A DNA stretch of 64,000 bases, taken from contig JAHYZZ010000010.1 of the NCBI GenBank assembly GCA_019424135.1, positions 7,751-71,750 of the forward strand, given 5' to 3'. The notes under the pieces are model-generated. The model made no database searches. It was not told the origin of the DNA and saw only the letters and a program-made list of their open reading frames with translations. Positions within the stretch are counted from its first letter, which is position 1; each line of letters opens with the position of its first letter. The translations under genes were made by a program, and so were the position numbers. This stretch comes from Lachnospiraceae bacterium. Its GTDB lineage: Bacteria > Bacillota > Clostridia > Lachnospirales > Lachnospiraceae. Shown in pieces: positions 18,929 to 28,788 of the stretch.

Positions 18929-19459
18929 ATGATGTTAAAGATATTGAGCAAGGTCAGTTTCATAGCATGTGTTGGGATATTATTAATTCTCATTTTTTGT
19001 GATATTTTTTTCCCAGATGTCCATAGAGAAATCTTTCCCTATCGGTTTTACTATGTTCTTACAAATAGTATGGAACCGACGATCGGCACCAATTCTCTTG
19101 TGTTGGTTCAAACGTACGATGATAATATGAAGATAGAAAAGGATGATATCATTGTGTTTTTTGCGAATCGATTTGGAGAAGAAATGGCCATCATGCACAG
19201 ATTTTCACACCTGGAAAAGAGTGAAGAAGGAGAGGTTTTGTATAAAACTCACCCGGAAGGAAGTGACTTGCTAGACATGTATGAAACAAAGCAAGAGGAT
19301 ATCCTTGGAGTGTATTTGTTTCATATTCCATATTTGGGAAAAATTATATTATTCCTGAAAAGTGTGTTTGGAATATTGTGGTTGTGCCAGATGATAGTGA
19401 TTCTTCTTATAAAGGAATTGGTGTCAGCCAGATGGGAAGAGAAAACGTGTATGGGCTGA
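18929..19459 (+). CDS. sipW: Signal peptidase I, ER-type (SipW-like, S26B)
   Basis: VLTNSMEPT (catalytic Ser), DDIIVF, IMHRF (His), C-terminal IPYLG + TM. Confidence 0.8.
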   Translation: MMLKILSKVSFIACVGILLILIFCDIFFPDVHREIFPYRFYYVLTNSMEPTIGTNSLVLVQTYDDNMKIEKDDIIVFFANRFGEEMAIMHRFSHLEKSEEGEVLYKTHPEGSDLLDMYETKQEDILGVYLFHIPYLGKIILFLKSVFGILWLCQMIVILLIKELVSARWEEKTCMG

Positions 19460-19514
19460 CATAAGTATTGAATATTTGAAGGTGCTGATGGTTTCGGAAC
19501 CGCTCTTTTGGACA

Positions 19515-20660
19515 TTAGTTCATAAGAGCGGTTCTATTTTTTGCCACTGGAAACTGTACGGATATGGTAGTTCCCTGTGGGGAACTGTTTGACACTGTTA
19601 CACTTCCGCCATGTAGAGAAGCGATTTCCCATACCAAAGACAAACCAAGACCCACTCCGCCGTATGCTCTGCTTCGAGATTTATCTACACGGAAGAAAGG
19701 CTGGAAAATACTCTGGCGGTATTCTTCCGGAATGCCGTAGCCTGTATCTGTAATTTGGATCTGAAGGCATTGCTCACGCACAGATATGGAAACAAGAACC
19801 TTACCTCCCGGGCGATTGTATTTGATTGCATTTTCAGTCAGATTAAATAGAAGTCGGTAAATCAAAGGATCGCTTCCTTGCATGGAACCATCACCGGTTC
19901 TGTCTAGAGAGATTCCTCGTCGATCTGCCAAAGGAGCCAGATCTGTAAAAATTTCTTCAATCAAAGGAGCCAGGTGAATGTAGTCCGAGCGAGACACCAT
20001 CTGCAGACTGTTCATTTCCAAAAGGGTCTCGGACAGCTGAGTCAGACGCTCTGTCTGTTCTTGCAGCAATTGGAGAAATTCTGCGGTTTCAGGCAGTACA
20101 TCCGGATGCTCTGCGGAAAAGAGCTCCAGCTGTATCTGCATAAGAGACAGAGGGGTACGCAGCTCATGGGCCACATTGCCGGTAAATTGCTGCTGTGTTT
20201 CAAAGGCCCGGTTTAATCGTTCCAGCATTTGATTGAAGGATATACTTAGATGGCGGAATTCCGGCAGCATATCCTCATCAATCTTCATGTTTGTAAGATT
20301 GTTTGACTGTACTTTCTCAACAAGGGCAGTAAACCGATGCAGAGGCCTGAGTGCCCGTCCACTGACAAAATAGGCAAGACCACTGCACAAGAGAGTGACT
20401 ATTGCCGTAAGATACCAGTTGCTCATACAGAAATCTTGCCGGGTCTCTTGGATGAAAGTTTGCATTTGTTTTTCAGATTCAAAAAGGCTGTTGGAGCTGG
20501 ACGATTCTATGCCATTGATACAGGTATCCAGAAAGTCTTCAATAGCATTCATATAATGGATGCCTGAGGAACACAAAAGCAGTTTCATAAAAATACAGGT
20601 AATACCTATAAGCAGTGCAGTCATCAAGGTGATCCGCCACTGGAGGGAAACTTTTTTCAT
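19515..20660 (-). CDS. Sensor histidine kinase
   Basis: NVAHELRTPL, NLTENAIKYN, DTGYGI, GVGLGLS. Confidence 0.94.
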   Translation of the reverse strand: MKKVSLQWRITLMTALLIGITCIFMKLLLCSSGIHYMNAIEDFLDTCINGIESSSSNSLFESEKQMQTFIQETRQDFCMSNWYLTAIVTLLCSGLAYFVSGRALRPLHRFTALVEKVQSNNLTNMKIDEDMLPEFRHLSISFNQMLERLNRAFETQQQFTGNVAHELRTPLSLMQIQLELFSAEHPDVLPETAEFLQLLQEQTERLTQLSETLLEMNSLQMVSRSDYIHLAPLIEEIFTDLAPLADRRGISLDRTGDGSMQGSDPLIYRLLFNLTENAIKYNRPGGKVLVSISVREQCLQIQITDTGYGIPEEYRQSIFQPFFRVDKSRSRAYGGVGLGLSLVWEIASLHGGSVTVSNSSPQGTTISVQFPVAKNRTALMN

Positions 20661-21334
20661 CGCTTTGAACCTCCCATCAGATATCCTTCGCCGATGCGGT
20701 TGCGTATGGGATCATATCCCAGCGCAGCCCGCAACTTTTTGCGAAGGGCACAAATATGAACTCGGATGGAGTTACTAAAGGTATCTACGCTGTTATCCCA
20801 GACATGTTCCAGCAGTTCTTCCTGGCTGACCGGACGTCCCTGATGAAGCATCAAATATTCTATAATACCGGTTTCTTTCCGGGTAAGGCTCAGTGACTGG
20901 CCGTTTGCAGCTGCCACACGGGCTTTTGTATCGAAGGTCAAAGAACCGTAGGTCAAAAGAACGTCATGCTGGGTGAATTGTCGCAGAGTAAGACTGCGGA
21001 TACGGGCCTCCAGCTCAGCCAGATGAAAGGGCTTAGCCAGATAGTCGTTTGCGCCGGCATCCAGACCTGCCACTTTATCGGATACTTCACTGCGTGCAGA
21101 AAGGATCAGTACCCGGGTTTCCCGGTCTGTTTTTCTCAGGGTTTGAAGCAGGCTCATACCGTCCAGTCCGGGAAGATTTAAGTCCAAAAGAACCAGATCA
21201 TATGGGGTCGTATGTAGCAGCTCCAAAGCTTGTTTGCCGTTATAGCAGTAGTCCACGCTGTAGGCAAGGCGCTTCAGACTGCGGACAATGGTATCGCACA
21301 GGGCGCGTTCATCTTCAATGACTAAAAGATGCAT
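20657..21334 (-). CDS. OmpR-family response regulator
   Basis: IEDE, LDLNLPGLDG, GANDYLAKPF, NSIRVHI..LRKKL. Confidence 0.95.
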   Translation of the reverse strand: MHLLVIEDERALCDTIVRSLKRLAYSVDYCYNGKQALELLHTTPYDLVLLDLNLPGLDGMSLLQTLRKTDRETRVLILSARSEVSDKVAGLDAGANDYLAKPFHLAELEARIRSLTLRQFTQHDVLLTYGSLTFDTKARVAAANGQSLSLTRKETGIIEYLMLHQGRPVSQEELLEHVWDNSVDTFSNSIRVHICALRKKLRAALGYDPIRNRIGEGYLMGGSKR

Positions 21335-21476
21335 GACAGATCCTCCTTTTTTGTGCTTTATCTGGTATATTAATTATAGCAGAAGAGGATAAGTTTTTTG
21401 TTAAATTCCTGGTTTTAACAAGAATTTTAACTTTTATGTGGTATGATGACATCAGGAACAGAGAAGGAGGATATGT

Positions 21477-21623
21477 GTGAAAGGAAAAAGAGTACAGGTG
21501 TTTCGAGGCATTCTGTTGATTGGGGGAGTTTTCATGATCGGGATGGGCATATGGCGTGGAGAGATGGACATGGTATGGAGTAAGGCAGTAAATCTATGTT
21601 TGGAGTGTGTTGGAATTGGGTAA
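21477..21623 (+). CDS. CD1871A-family CxxC membrane microprotein, 48 aa (not in ORF track)
   Basis: GTG start behind AAGGAGG; MKGKRVQVFRGILLIGGVFMIGMGIWRGEMDMVWSKAVNLCLECVGIG*; one TM and C-terminal CLECVGIG. Confidence 0.85.
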   Translation: MKGKRVQVFRGILLIGGVFMIGMGIWRGEMDMVWSKAVNLCLECVGIG

Positions 21624-22554
21624 AATATGGCAGAGCGTGAGCCGATTTCTGATTCGATTTCGAGGGGGAATTCAGGCAGCAGCGACACTGGCGGCAAATC
21701 TACATCTGCCCAATCTTTTTACAGGAAGTCTGTATCGTGGAGAGGGGAAAAAACTGTGTGTGCCCGGACTGAATTGTTATTCCTGTCCTGCAGCGTCCGG
21801 GGCCTGCCCCATCGGGGCAATTCAGGCAGTGACAGGATCTTCAAAGTTTCATGTTTCCTACTATGTTACGGGGGTTCTGATTTTGATGGGAGTCATCCTG
21901 GGGCGTTTTATATGCGGTTTCCTCTGTCCTTTTGGGTGGTTTCAGGAATTTCTTTACAAAATACCCACATATAAATTTTCCACCAGAAGATTGTCATATT
22001 TGTCATATCTGAAATATATGGTTTTATTGTTTGCGGTATTTTTGCTTCCAGCGCTGGCAGTCAATGACGTGGGGATGGGAGATCCGTTTTTTTGTAAATA
22101 TCTCTGTCCCCAGGGAGTGTTAGAGGGAGCCATTCCTATGGCGTTTACGAATTTGAGTATCCGTGATGCATTAGGACAGCTGTTCGCATGGAAAGCTGGT
22201 ATCCTGATAGGGGTTATCATTATGAGCGTTTTGTTTTTTCGCCCGTTCTGCAAGTGGTTTTGCCCTTTGGGAGCGTTTTATGCCCTGTTTAACCGATTAT
22301 CTTTGTTTCATATGAGGGTAGACAAAGAAAAATGCATTTCCTGCGGAAAGTGTACCAGAGCCTGTAAAATGGATGTGGATGTGATGCGGACACCCAACCA
22401 TACGGAATGTATACGGTGTGGAATGTGTATTCAGGCATGTCCTACCGGAGCTGTCTGCTACAGCTGGGGGACCAAACAGGAAAGAGATGAGGAGCCACTA
22501 CTTAGGCGCTCTGGGCGGTTGAGTCAGTCTTTATTTAAAAGAAAGGATCAATAA
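21607..22554 (+). CDS. Membrane 4Fe-4S binding protein (NapH/RdxA/YccM-like polyferredoxin)
   Basis: CVPGLNCYSCP, GRFICGFLCPFG, FCKYLCPQG, FCKWFCPLG, two C-terminal 4Fe-4S motifs (CISCGKC..C, CIRCGMC..CP); start approximate. Confidence 0.88.
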   Translation: MLELGKIWQSVSRFLIRFRGGIQAAATLAANLHLPNLFTGSLYRGEGKKLCVPGLNCYSCPAASGACPIGAIQAVTGSSKFHVSYYVTGVLILMGVILGRFICGFLCPFGWFQEFLYKIPTYKFSTRRLSYLSYLKYMVLLFAVFLLPALAVNDVGMGDPFFCKYLCPQGVLEGAIPMAFTNLSIRDALGQLFAWKAGILIGVIIMSVLFFRPFCKWFCPLGAFYALFNRLSLFHMRVDKEKCISCGKCTRACKMDVDVMRTPNHTECIRCGMCIQACPTGAVCYSWGTKQERDEEPLLRRSGRLSQSLFKRKDQ

Positions 22555-22555
22555 G

Positions 22556-23128
22556 ATGATGAAAGTAAAAAAAAGTATGGTAGTGTGTATGGCGATGGTG
22601 ATCATGTTGTCTTTGACAGCATGTGGAGCAAAGGATAGGAAAAGCGAGGAGATGGAGAAGATGGATATGTTTCCTGCTTTTGACGGAAAGGATCTGGAAG
22701 GCAATGAGATAAACAGTAAGGAACTATTTTCAGGCAATGCAGTTACAGTTGTGAATTTCTGGTTTACGACCTGCGGACCGTGTGTAGGTGAACTGACGGA
22801 ATTGGACACGTTAAATAAAGAACTGGAAGAAAAGGGGGGCATGGTCATTGGAATCAATGCTTTTACTTTGGGAGGCGATGAAACAGAAATTTCGGAAGCT
22901 AAGAAATTGTTAGAAGAAAAGGACGTGTCTTACCAGAATGTATATTTTGATAAAGATAGCGAGGCTGGAAGCTTTGCACAGGGAATCGAGGCATTTCCCA
23001 CAACTTATGTGATAGACCGTAATGGAAATATTGTAGGGGAACCGATTGTTGGAGCTGTGACGGCAGAGACACAGATGGATACGCTTAAGAAAATGATTGA
23101 TGAGACCATGGAACAAGATATGAAATAG
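22556..23128 (+). CDS. TlpA-like thiol-disulfide oxidoreductase lipoprotein
   Basis: Lipobox LTAC; VNFWFTTCGPC; AFPTTYVID. Confidence 0.92.
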   Translation: MMKVKKSMVVCMAMVIMLSLTACGAKDRKSEEMEKMDMFPAFDGKDLEGNEINSKELFSGNAVTVVNFWFTTCGPCVGELTELDTLNKELEEKGGMVIGINAFTLGGDETEISEAKKLLEEKDVSYQNVYFDKDSEAGSFAQGIEAFPTTYVIDRNGNIVGEPIVGAVTAETQMDTLKKMIDETMEQDMK

Positions 23129-23161
23129 ATATAAGAGATACAAAAGCAGGAGGTTTGCGAC

Positions 23162-24289
23162 ATGCTTCGAAAGCTCATAGCAGTCCTGTCGGTTTCTGTG
23201 CTGTGTCTTGGAGGCTGCTCGGTTTATCGTACCCGCGAATCCTCACAGCAAGAAGAGACAGCAGGAAATTCAGAAAAAACAAACGGGCAGACATCCGATA
23301 TGTCCGGTAAGGAGAGTGGGTATATGGATACGACAGAGAATGTGATTTATTTGGCAGGTGGATGCTTCTGGGGAATGGAAGCTCTCATGCAGTCGATTCC
23401 CGGAGTTACAGAGGTGCAAAGTGGCTATGCAAATGGCAGTGGTGAGGCAGAAGCTAATTATGCAGACGTGTGCACCGGAGATACCGGTTTTCGGGAAACT
23501 GTTCGGGTAGCATATGATCCACAGAAGGTGAGTCTGGATGCCCTTCTTCTGGCTTACTTTTACGTGATAGATCCTACGGTAAAAAATCAACAGGGAAACG
23601 ACAAGGGGACACAGTATCAAACCGGTGTCTACTATACCAATGACAAGGCAAAAGAAACAGTGGAACGGATTGCAAAACTGGAACGGGATCGGAGGGAAAA
23701 ATTTTTTGTTGAGATTGGTCCTTTGAAAAATTTTTATCTGGCTGAAGAATATCATCAAGATTATCTGGAAAAGAATCCAATGGGTTATTGCCATATTCCC
23801 AAGGATGAAATAGAATTATTTTCCAATCTTCATATTGATCCGGGAGATTACCAGAAGCCGGCACAGGAGTCTATTCGGGACAAACTGACAAAAGAGCAGT
23901 ATCGCGTTACCCAGGAGAGCGGTACAGAGCGTCCGTTTGAGAATGAGTTCTGGGATCAGTTTGAAAAGGGAATTTATGTAGACGTAGTGACAGGAGAACC
24001 TCTTTTTTCCTCTACGGATAAGTTTGAAAGTGGATGCGGGTGGCCTGCTTTTTCTAAGCCTATTGAAGGACCGGCAGTGGAGGAGTTCCCTGATGATAGT
24101 CATGGCATGCATCGCGTGGAAGTGCGCAGCCGGGCGGGAAATTCCCATCTCGGGCATGTTTTTTCAGACGACCCGGAGTCCCCGAATGGCGTCAGATACT
24201 GCATTAACAGTGCTTCGCTTCGATTTGTGCCTTACGGGAAAATGGAAGAGGAAGGATATGGATATCTCTTGTATCTGTTTGAAAAATGA
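23162..24289 (+). CDS. msrAB: Lipoprotein methionine sulfoxide reductase MsrA/MsrB fusion
   Basis: Lipobox LGGC; MsrA GGCFWG and AEEYHQDYL; Msr[21 protein letters not shown]. Confidence 0.95.
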   Translation: MLRKLIAVLSVSVLCLGGCSVYRTRESSQQEETAGNSEKTNGQTSDMSGKESGYMDTTENVIYLAGGCFWGMEALMQSIPGVTEVQSGYANGSGEAEANYADVCTGDTGFRETVRVAYDPQKVSLDALLLAYFYVIDPTVKNQQGNDKGTQYQTGVYYTNDKAKETVERIAKLERDRREKFFVEIGPLKNFYLAEEYHQDYLEKNPMGYCHIPKDEIELFSNLHIDPGDYQKPAQESIRDKLTKEQYRVTQESGTERPFENEFWDQFEKGIYVDVVTGEPLFSSTDKFESGCGWPAFSKPIEGPAVEEFPDDSHGMHRVEVRSRAGNSHLGHVFSDDPESPNGVRYCINSASLRFVPYGKMEEEGYGYLLYLFEK

Positions 24290-24307
24290 GAAATAGAATC
24301 AGAAGAT

Positions 24308-24343
24308 AAACATGCAGGATAGAGCAGAGCCTGCATGTTTTTT
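24308..24343 (+). terminator. Intrinsic terminator after msrAB
   Basis: AAACATGCAGG...CCTGCATGTTT + T run. Confidence 0.75.
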
Positions 24344-24500
24344 TGAGTGAAAAAATAATTTCTTTTAAAAGCTATAGTTTGTACAGATGTAAATATTGAC
24401 ATTACATCTTAAGGGTGCTAGACTGTCATAGATGTTGTAATACAAATATTTACATGTATCTATAAAGTAAAAGGAAAAAATAGAAAGGAGACTTGCTTAG

Positions 24501-25502
24501 ATGAAAGCGGTCCAGATTAGGAAATATTCCAAAAATATTGAGACCCATCTCTGTGAAATTCCGGTACCAAAGATTGGAGATTCAGAAGTCCTTGTGAAGG
24601 TGAAAGCGGCAGCAGTGAATCCATTAGAAATTCTCATTCTTACCGGAAGTGTAAAGCTGATTCAGAATTATCCCATGCCCCTGACATTGGGAAATGAATG
24701 TTCTGGTATTGTAGAAAAGGTAGGAAGCAAGGTCAGAGATTTCCAGAAAGACGATCGTGTCTATACACGTCTTCCCCTGAATAAAATCGGTGCATTTGCC
24801 GAATATGTTGCGGTGAATCAGAATGCACTTGCAAAAATGCCATCAGGCTATGCATTCTCGGCAGCGGCGGCCATTCCGTTAACTGGTTTGACGGCATATC
24901 AGGGCATCGTAGAGGAGCTGGAAGCAAAACCGGGGGAGACAGTGCTTATCCCAGGTGGCTCAGGAAGTTTTGGACAGATGGCTGTGCCTATAGCAAGAGC
25001 ACTGGGGCTAAGAGTCTTTGTGACCGGAAATGCACGTGCGAGAAAACGATTCATTTCTCTTGGCGCTAGTCAGTACATGGATTATAAAAAAGAAAATTAT
25101 TGGGAAAAGCTATCCGGCATTGACTATGTGATCGATACGCTGGGGGCATCGGAATTTGAACACGAGCTTTCTGTTCTGAAAAAAGGCGGCCGCCTGTTGA
25201 GTTTAAGGACAGGACCAAATAAGGCGTTTGCAGACAGAAATCACTTTTCTGGTCCCCAAAAACTATTATTTGCTCTGGCTGGAAGAAAATACGATAAAGA
25301 AGCCAGAAAGCAGGGGAAAGAGTATCGGTTTATGTTTGTACATGCTAATGGCGCCCAGTTGCAGAAAATAACAAGGATTGTGGAACAACAGCAGATCATT
25401 CCTGCTGTTGACGCTCATGTTTTTTCCTTGTCTCAGGCCAACGATGCACTACGGCTTGTGGCAAAGGGAGCGCTCAACGGGAAAGTCATCATTCGGTTGT
25501 AA
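24501..25502 (+). CDS. NADP-dependent oxidoreductase (MDR/quinone oxidoreductase family)
   Basis: VKVKAAAVNP, LGNECSG, AAIPLTGLTAYQ, GGSGSFG, GKVII. Confidence 0.9.
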   Translation: MKAVQIRKYSKNIETHLCEIPVPKIGDSEVLVKVKAAAVNPLEILILTGSVKLIQNYPMPLTLGNECSGIVEKVGSKVRDFQKDDRVYTRLPLNKIGAFAEYVAVNQNALAKMPSGYAFSAAAAIPLTGLTAYQGIVEELEAKPGETVLIPGGSGSFGQMAVPIARALGLRVFVTGNARARKRFISLGASQYMDYKKENYWEKLSGIDYVIDTLGASEFEHELSVLKKGGRLLSLRTGPNKAFADRNHFSGPQKLLFALAGRKYDKEARKQGKEYRFMFVHANGAQLQKITRIVEQQQIIPAVDAHVFSLSQANDALRLVAKGALNGKVIIRL

Positions 25503-25525
25503 GAAAAAGGATAAGGAAATCAGAG

Positions 25526-26278
25526 ATGCGATATAAATTACTGTGTTGTAAAATTTTAGAGCGAGAAGTTGCTCGAATATCCTGTAATTGTAAAAATGTA
25601 ATTGATGTTACAATGCTCAGACAGAAATTACATGACAGACCCTCTCACCTAATGCAGGTACTTCAGGAAGAAATTGATATGATTGAGCAGGGCAGTCATC
25701 GATACTCTAATCACACAGAGCTGTCAGATTATGATGCGATTCTTTTGGGGTACGGACTTTGCTCAGAGGCGGTTGTCGGTTTGCATTCTCATAAATATAT
25801 GCTTGTGATACCCAGAGTACATGATTGTGTGACCCTTCTTATGGGTGACCGGAAAAAATATATAGAATATTATCGAAAGAATGCAGGAACATTTTATTAT
25901 TGGGCCGATTGTCTGGAGTTAATGGGGCTTGCCAAAGACAGCCGGTATGAGGCGAGATACTACTGGTATCTGAACCGCTATCATGGAAATGAAAAGAAAG
26001 CAAAAAAAGCACTCGAAAAAGAACGGATGCTGTTGGATAGCTATCAAAAAGCAGCGTATATTTCTTGGCCAGAGTTATCTTTCCCAGAGTATGCAAAAGA
26101 GGTACAGCAATACGCTTCCCATCGAGGCTGGAATTACGAAGAGATAGAAGGAAGTGCCCGGTACCTCTGTGATTTGTTAGATGGAAATTGGGACGAGGAA
26201 AGGTTTTTAGTTATTCCTCCCGGAGAGACAGCTGAGCCAAGTTATGATGAACGAGTTCTTAAATTAGCTGAAAAATAA
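25526..26278 (+). CDS. DUF1638-like protein
   Basis: C-x-I-L..LHDRP..LQEEID, ILLGYGLCS, PRVHDCVTLLMG, GNWDEERFL. Confidence 0.75.
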   Translation: MRYKLLCCKILEREVARISCNCKNVIDVTMLRQKLHDRPSHLMQVLQEEIDMIEQGSHRYSNHTELSDYDAILLGYGLCSEAVVGLHSHKYMLVIPRVHDCVTLLMGDRKKYIEYYRKNAGTFYYWADCLELMGLAKDSRYEARYYWYLNRYHGNEKKAKKALEKERMLLDSYQKAAYISWPELSFPEYAKEVQQYASHRGWNYEEIEGSARYLCDLLDGNWDEERFLVIPPGETAEPSYDERVLKLAEK

Positions 26279-26407
26279 AATGCACAATGACTATGTTTTC
26301 GGGAAAAAGAAGATTGTTGACGGTATCTTATCTTTTCATTATAATTTTTAGTAATAGGTTTGTATGTCAGCTGTTTGGAAGGATCAAGCATGGGAAAAGG
26401 GGAGATA

Positions 26408-27082
26408 ATGACGGTCAGGATTGCAATCATTGAAGATGACGACGCCCTTAGAGAGGGACTGAAAGTTGCTTTTGGACTTGAAGGGTATAAAATACTGGAG
26501 GCCTGTAACGCAAAAGAAGGATGGAGAATACTGGAAGAGGGAAGCTGTGATGTGGCAATTTTGGACTGCAGCCTTCCAGATGGGAACGGATTTGACCTGT
26601 TGCGGCGCCTGCGCAAGGTTTCAGAACTCCCAGTTTTGATGTTGACTGCCAGTCACTCGGAAATGGACGAAGTAAAGAGTCTGGAACTGGGGGTGGATGA
26701 TTTTATGGGCAAACCTTTCTCATTGGCAGTCCTACAGGCAAGAGTGAGAAAACTTCTGAAAAAACAGGAGGGGACAAGACTTCTATCTTCTGGGGGTATT
26801 TCGGTAGACCTGGGAAGCGGAGAGGTCTTGAAAAAGGGAGAAAAGCTTCTTTTAAGCACTACAGAACAGCGAATTTTGGTCATGTTTCTGGAACATAAAG
26901 GGCAGATTCTTACGAAGGAACAAATTTTAGGGCGTATTTGGGATGGAAACGAAAATTATGTGGACGAGAATACTCTGGCAGTTGCCATTCGTAGACTCAG
27001 AGTCAAGATAGAAGATGATCCCGGAGCACCTGAAAGAATTAAGACTGTTCATGGAATGGGATATGTATGGCGGGAGAAATAA
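26408..27082 (+). CDS. OmpR-family response regulator
   Basis: IIEDD, LDCSLPDGNG, DENTLAVAIRRLR, TVHGMGY. Confidence 0.94.
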   Translation: MTVRIAIIEDDDALREGLKVAFGLEGYKILEACNAKEGWRILEEGSCDVAILDCSLPDGNGFDLLRRLRKVSELPVLMLTASHSEMDEVKSLELGVDDFMGKPFSLAVLQARVRKLLKKQEGTRLLSSGGISVDLGSGEVLKKGEKLLLSTTEQRILVMFLEHKGQILTKEQILGRIWDGNENYVDENTLAVAIRRLRVKIEDDPGAPERIKTVHGMGYVWREK

Positions 27083-27084
27083 AA

Positions 27085-28020
27085 ATGGAACCAAGCATCA
27101 TGATAGCCATCATAGCTTTGATAACAGCAGCTATGGGCGGATTCATATATTTTCGGAGAAAATATTTTCTGTTGTATCAAAAAGTTCAGCAGTTCCAGAA
27201 GACGCTGATAGAAGACGGGTGTATTGGAACCGGAACTGACAGGGAAAGACCAGAGGATGTACTAAGAGATGGATTCCTGCAGATACAGAGAAAATATGAG
27301 ATAGAGGCGGAAGCAGTAAGGAAAGACAGGCAGACAGTTCAAGAGCTGATTTCAGACCTTTCTCATCAGTTGAAGACGCCACTTGCCAATATCCGTCTTT
27401 ACCAGGAACTCTTAAAAAATCCGGATCTGAATCTGGAAAAACGAAAGAATTTGCAGAGACGGCTAGAAGAGCAGACCGATAAACTGGACTGGCTTTTGGC
27501 CGTTTTATTTCAAATGGTGGAACTAGAGCGTGGTGTGGTATCTCTTGAAGCAAAGGAGGAAATGATATTTCCAGTCCTAAGGAAGGCGGTGGAGACAGTT
27601 CTTCCCAAAGCAGAGAAAAAGAGAATCGGCTTTGTGATGGAAGAATTATCAGATGAAAAGGATTCAGACGTAAGATTTCTTTATGATCCCAGATGGACAG
27701 AAGAGGTCTTTGTTAATATTCTGGAAAATGGAGTGAAATATAGTCCTGAAGGATCGATCATTCGTCTTTCGATAGAATACTATGAGACCTACGGGGCAGT
27801 TCGAATCCAAGACGAGGGGCCGGGAATCCTTAAGGAAGAACAAAGTCAGATTTTTCGTAAATTCTATCGTGGGAAGGGGACGGAAAATATAGAAGGCTGG
27901 GGAATCGGCCTATATCTTTCCAGATTGATTTTAGATTCGGAGAATGGATATATCACGGTAGAATCGGCGGAGGAAAGGGGGAGTACATTTTCTGTTTTTC
28001 TTCCAATCAGTCGGAAATAA
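27085..28020 (+). CDS. Histidine kinase with a single TM and no extracellular domain (intramembrane-sensing type)
   Basis: DLSHQLKTPL, NILENGVKYS, DEGPGI, GWGIGLY. Confidence 0.92.
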   Translation: MEPSIMIAIIALITAAMGGFIYFRRKYFLLYQKVQQFQKTLIEDGCIGTGTDRERPEDVLRDGFLQIQRKYEIEAEAVRKDRQTVQELISDLSHQLKTPLANIRLYQELLKNPDLNLEKRKNLQRRLEEQTDKLDWLLAVLFQMVELERGVVSLEAKEEMIFPVLRKAVETVLPKAEKKRIGFVMEELSDEKDSDVRFLYDPRWTEEVFVNILENGVKYSPEGSIIRLSIEYYETYGAVRIQDEGPGILKEEQSQIFRKFYRGKGTENIEGWGIGLYLSRLILDSENGYITVESAEERGSTFSVFLPISRK

Positions 28021-28030
28021 GGAGATAAGT

Positions 28031-28048
28031 TCTGACAAAATTGTCAGA
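28031..28048. promoter_or_regulatory. Candidate response-regulator box upstream of the ABC operon
   Basis: TCTGACAA-aa-TTGTCAGA palindrome matching the BceR-type TGACA-N4-TGTCA pattern. Confidence 0.6.
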
Positions 28049-28116
28049 TTTTTTCGTTGATATGTAAGGATCAGGTAAGAAGTAAGAGGTATTCTTTAGG
28101 TAGAAAGGAAACGAAA

Positions 28117-28788
28117 ATGGAAGCGGTCAAAGTGGCGGGAGTGCGGAAAGCCTTTATAGGGAATGCAGGAGTACAGGAGGTTCTAAAGGATGTGACTTTT
28201 TCCCTGGAAGAAGGAACGTTCACCGCGCTTACAGGAATTTCCGGAGCAGGGAAGACCACGCTTTTGCATCTTTTGGCTGGATTACAGAAACCAGATGAGG
28301 GAGAAATCATGCTTGCTGGAAGACAGTTGCAGACAATGAGTGAGAAGGAGACTGCCCTGTTCAGGAGACGTCATATTGCCATGGTTCTTCAAGAATCCTT
28401 GCTTCTTCCCGGACTTACTGTGGAGGAAAACATCATTTTACCAGGAGTGATGGACACGGGACGATTTCTGGATAAAAGACGGCTGGAAGAGGTCCTGTCA
28501 ATCCTTCGATTGAGCGCTCACAGACAGAAGTATCCGACAGAGCTTTCCGGAGGCGAGCGTCAGAGGACGGTTTTTGGAAGAGCAATGTTTTCAGATGCGG
28601 AGCTGATTCTGGCAGATGAACCCGCGGCTCGGCTGGATACTCGACAGTCTTTGGAACTGACGGGCAGCTTAAAGCAATGTGCTAAAATCTGGCACCGGAC
28701 GATATTAATGGCTACCCATGATCTGGGACTGGCCCAATTCTGTGACCGAGTACTGGAACTAAAAGACGGCATCGTTTTCGACAGGTGA
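28117..28788 (+). CDS. ABC transporter ATP-binding protein (LolD/MacB-like)
   Basis: GISGAGKTT, LSGGERQR, ILADEP, ATHD. Confidence 0.92.
   Translation: MEAVKVAGVRKAFIGNAGVQEVLKDVTFSLEEGTFTALTGISGAGKTTLLHLLAGLQKPDEGEIMLAGRQLQTMSEKETALFRRRHIAMVLQESLLLPGLTVEENIILPGVMDTGRFLDKRRLEEVLSILRLSAHRQKYPTELSGGERQRTVFGRAMFSDAELILADEPAARLDTRQSLELTGSLKQCAKIWHRTILMATHDLGLAQFCDRVLELKDGIVFDR

Noticed and set aside
21400..21450. TTTTAAC direct repeat as the response-regulator box for the msr operon
   Set aside because: The position is plausible, but 12-nt spacing in AT-rich DNA is too weak to call
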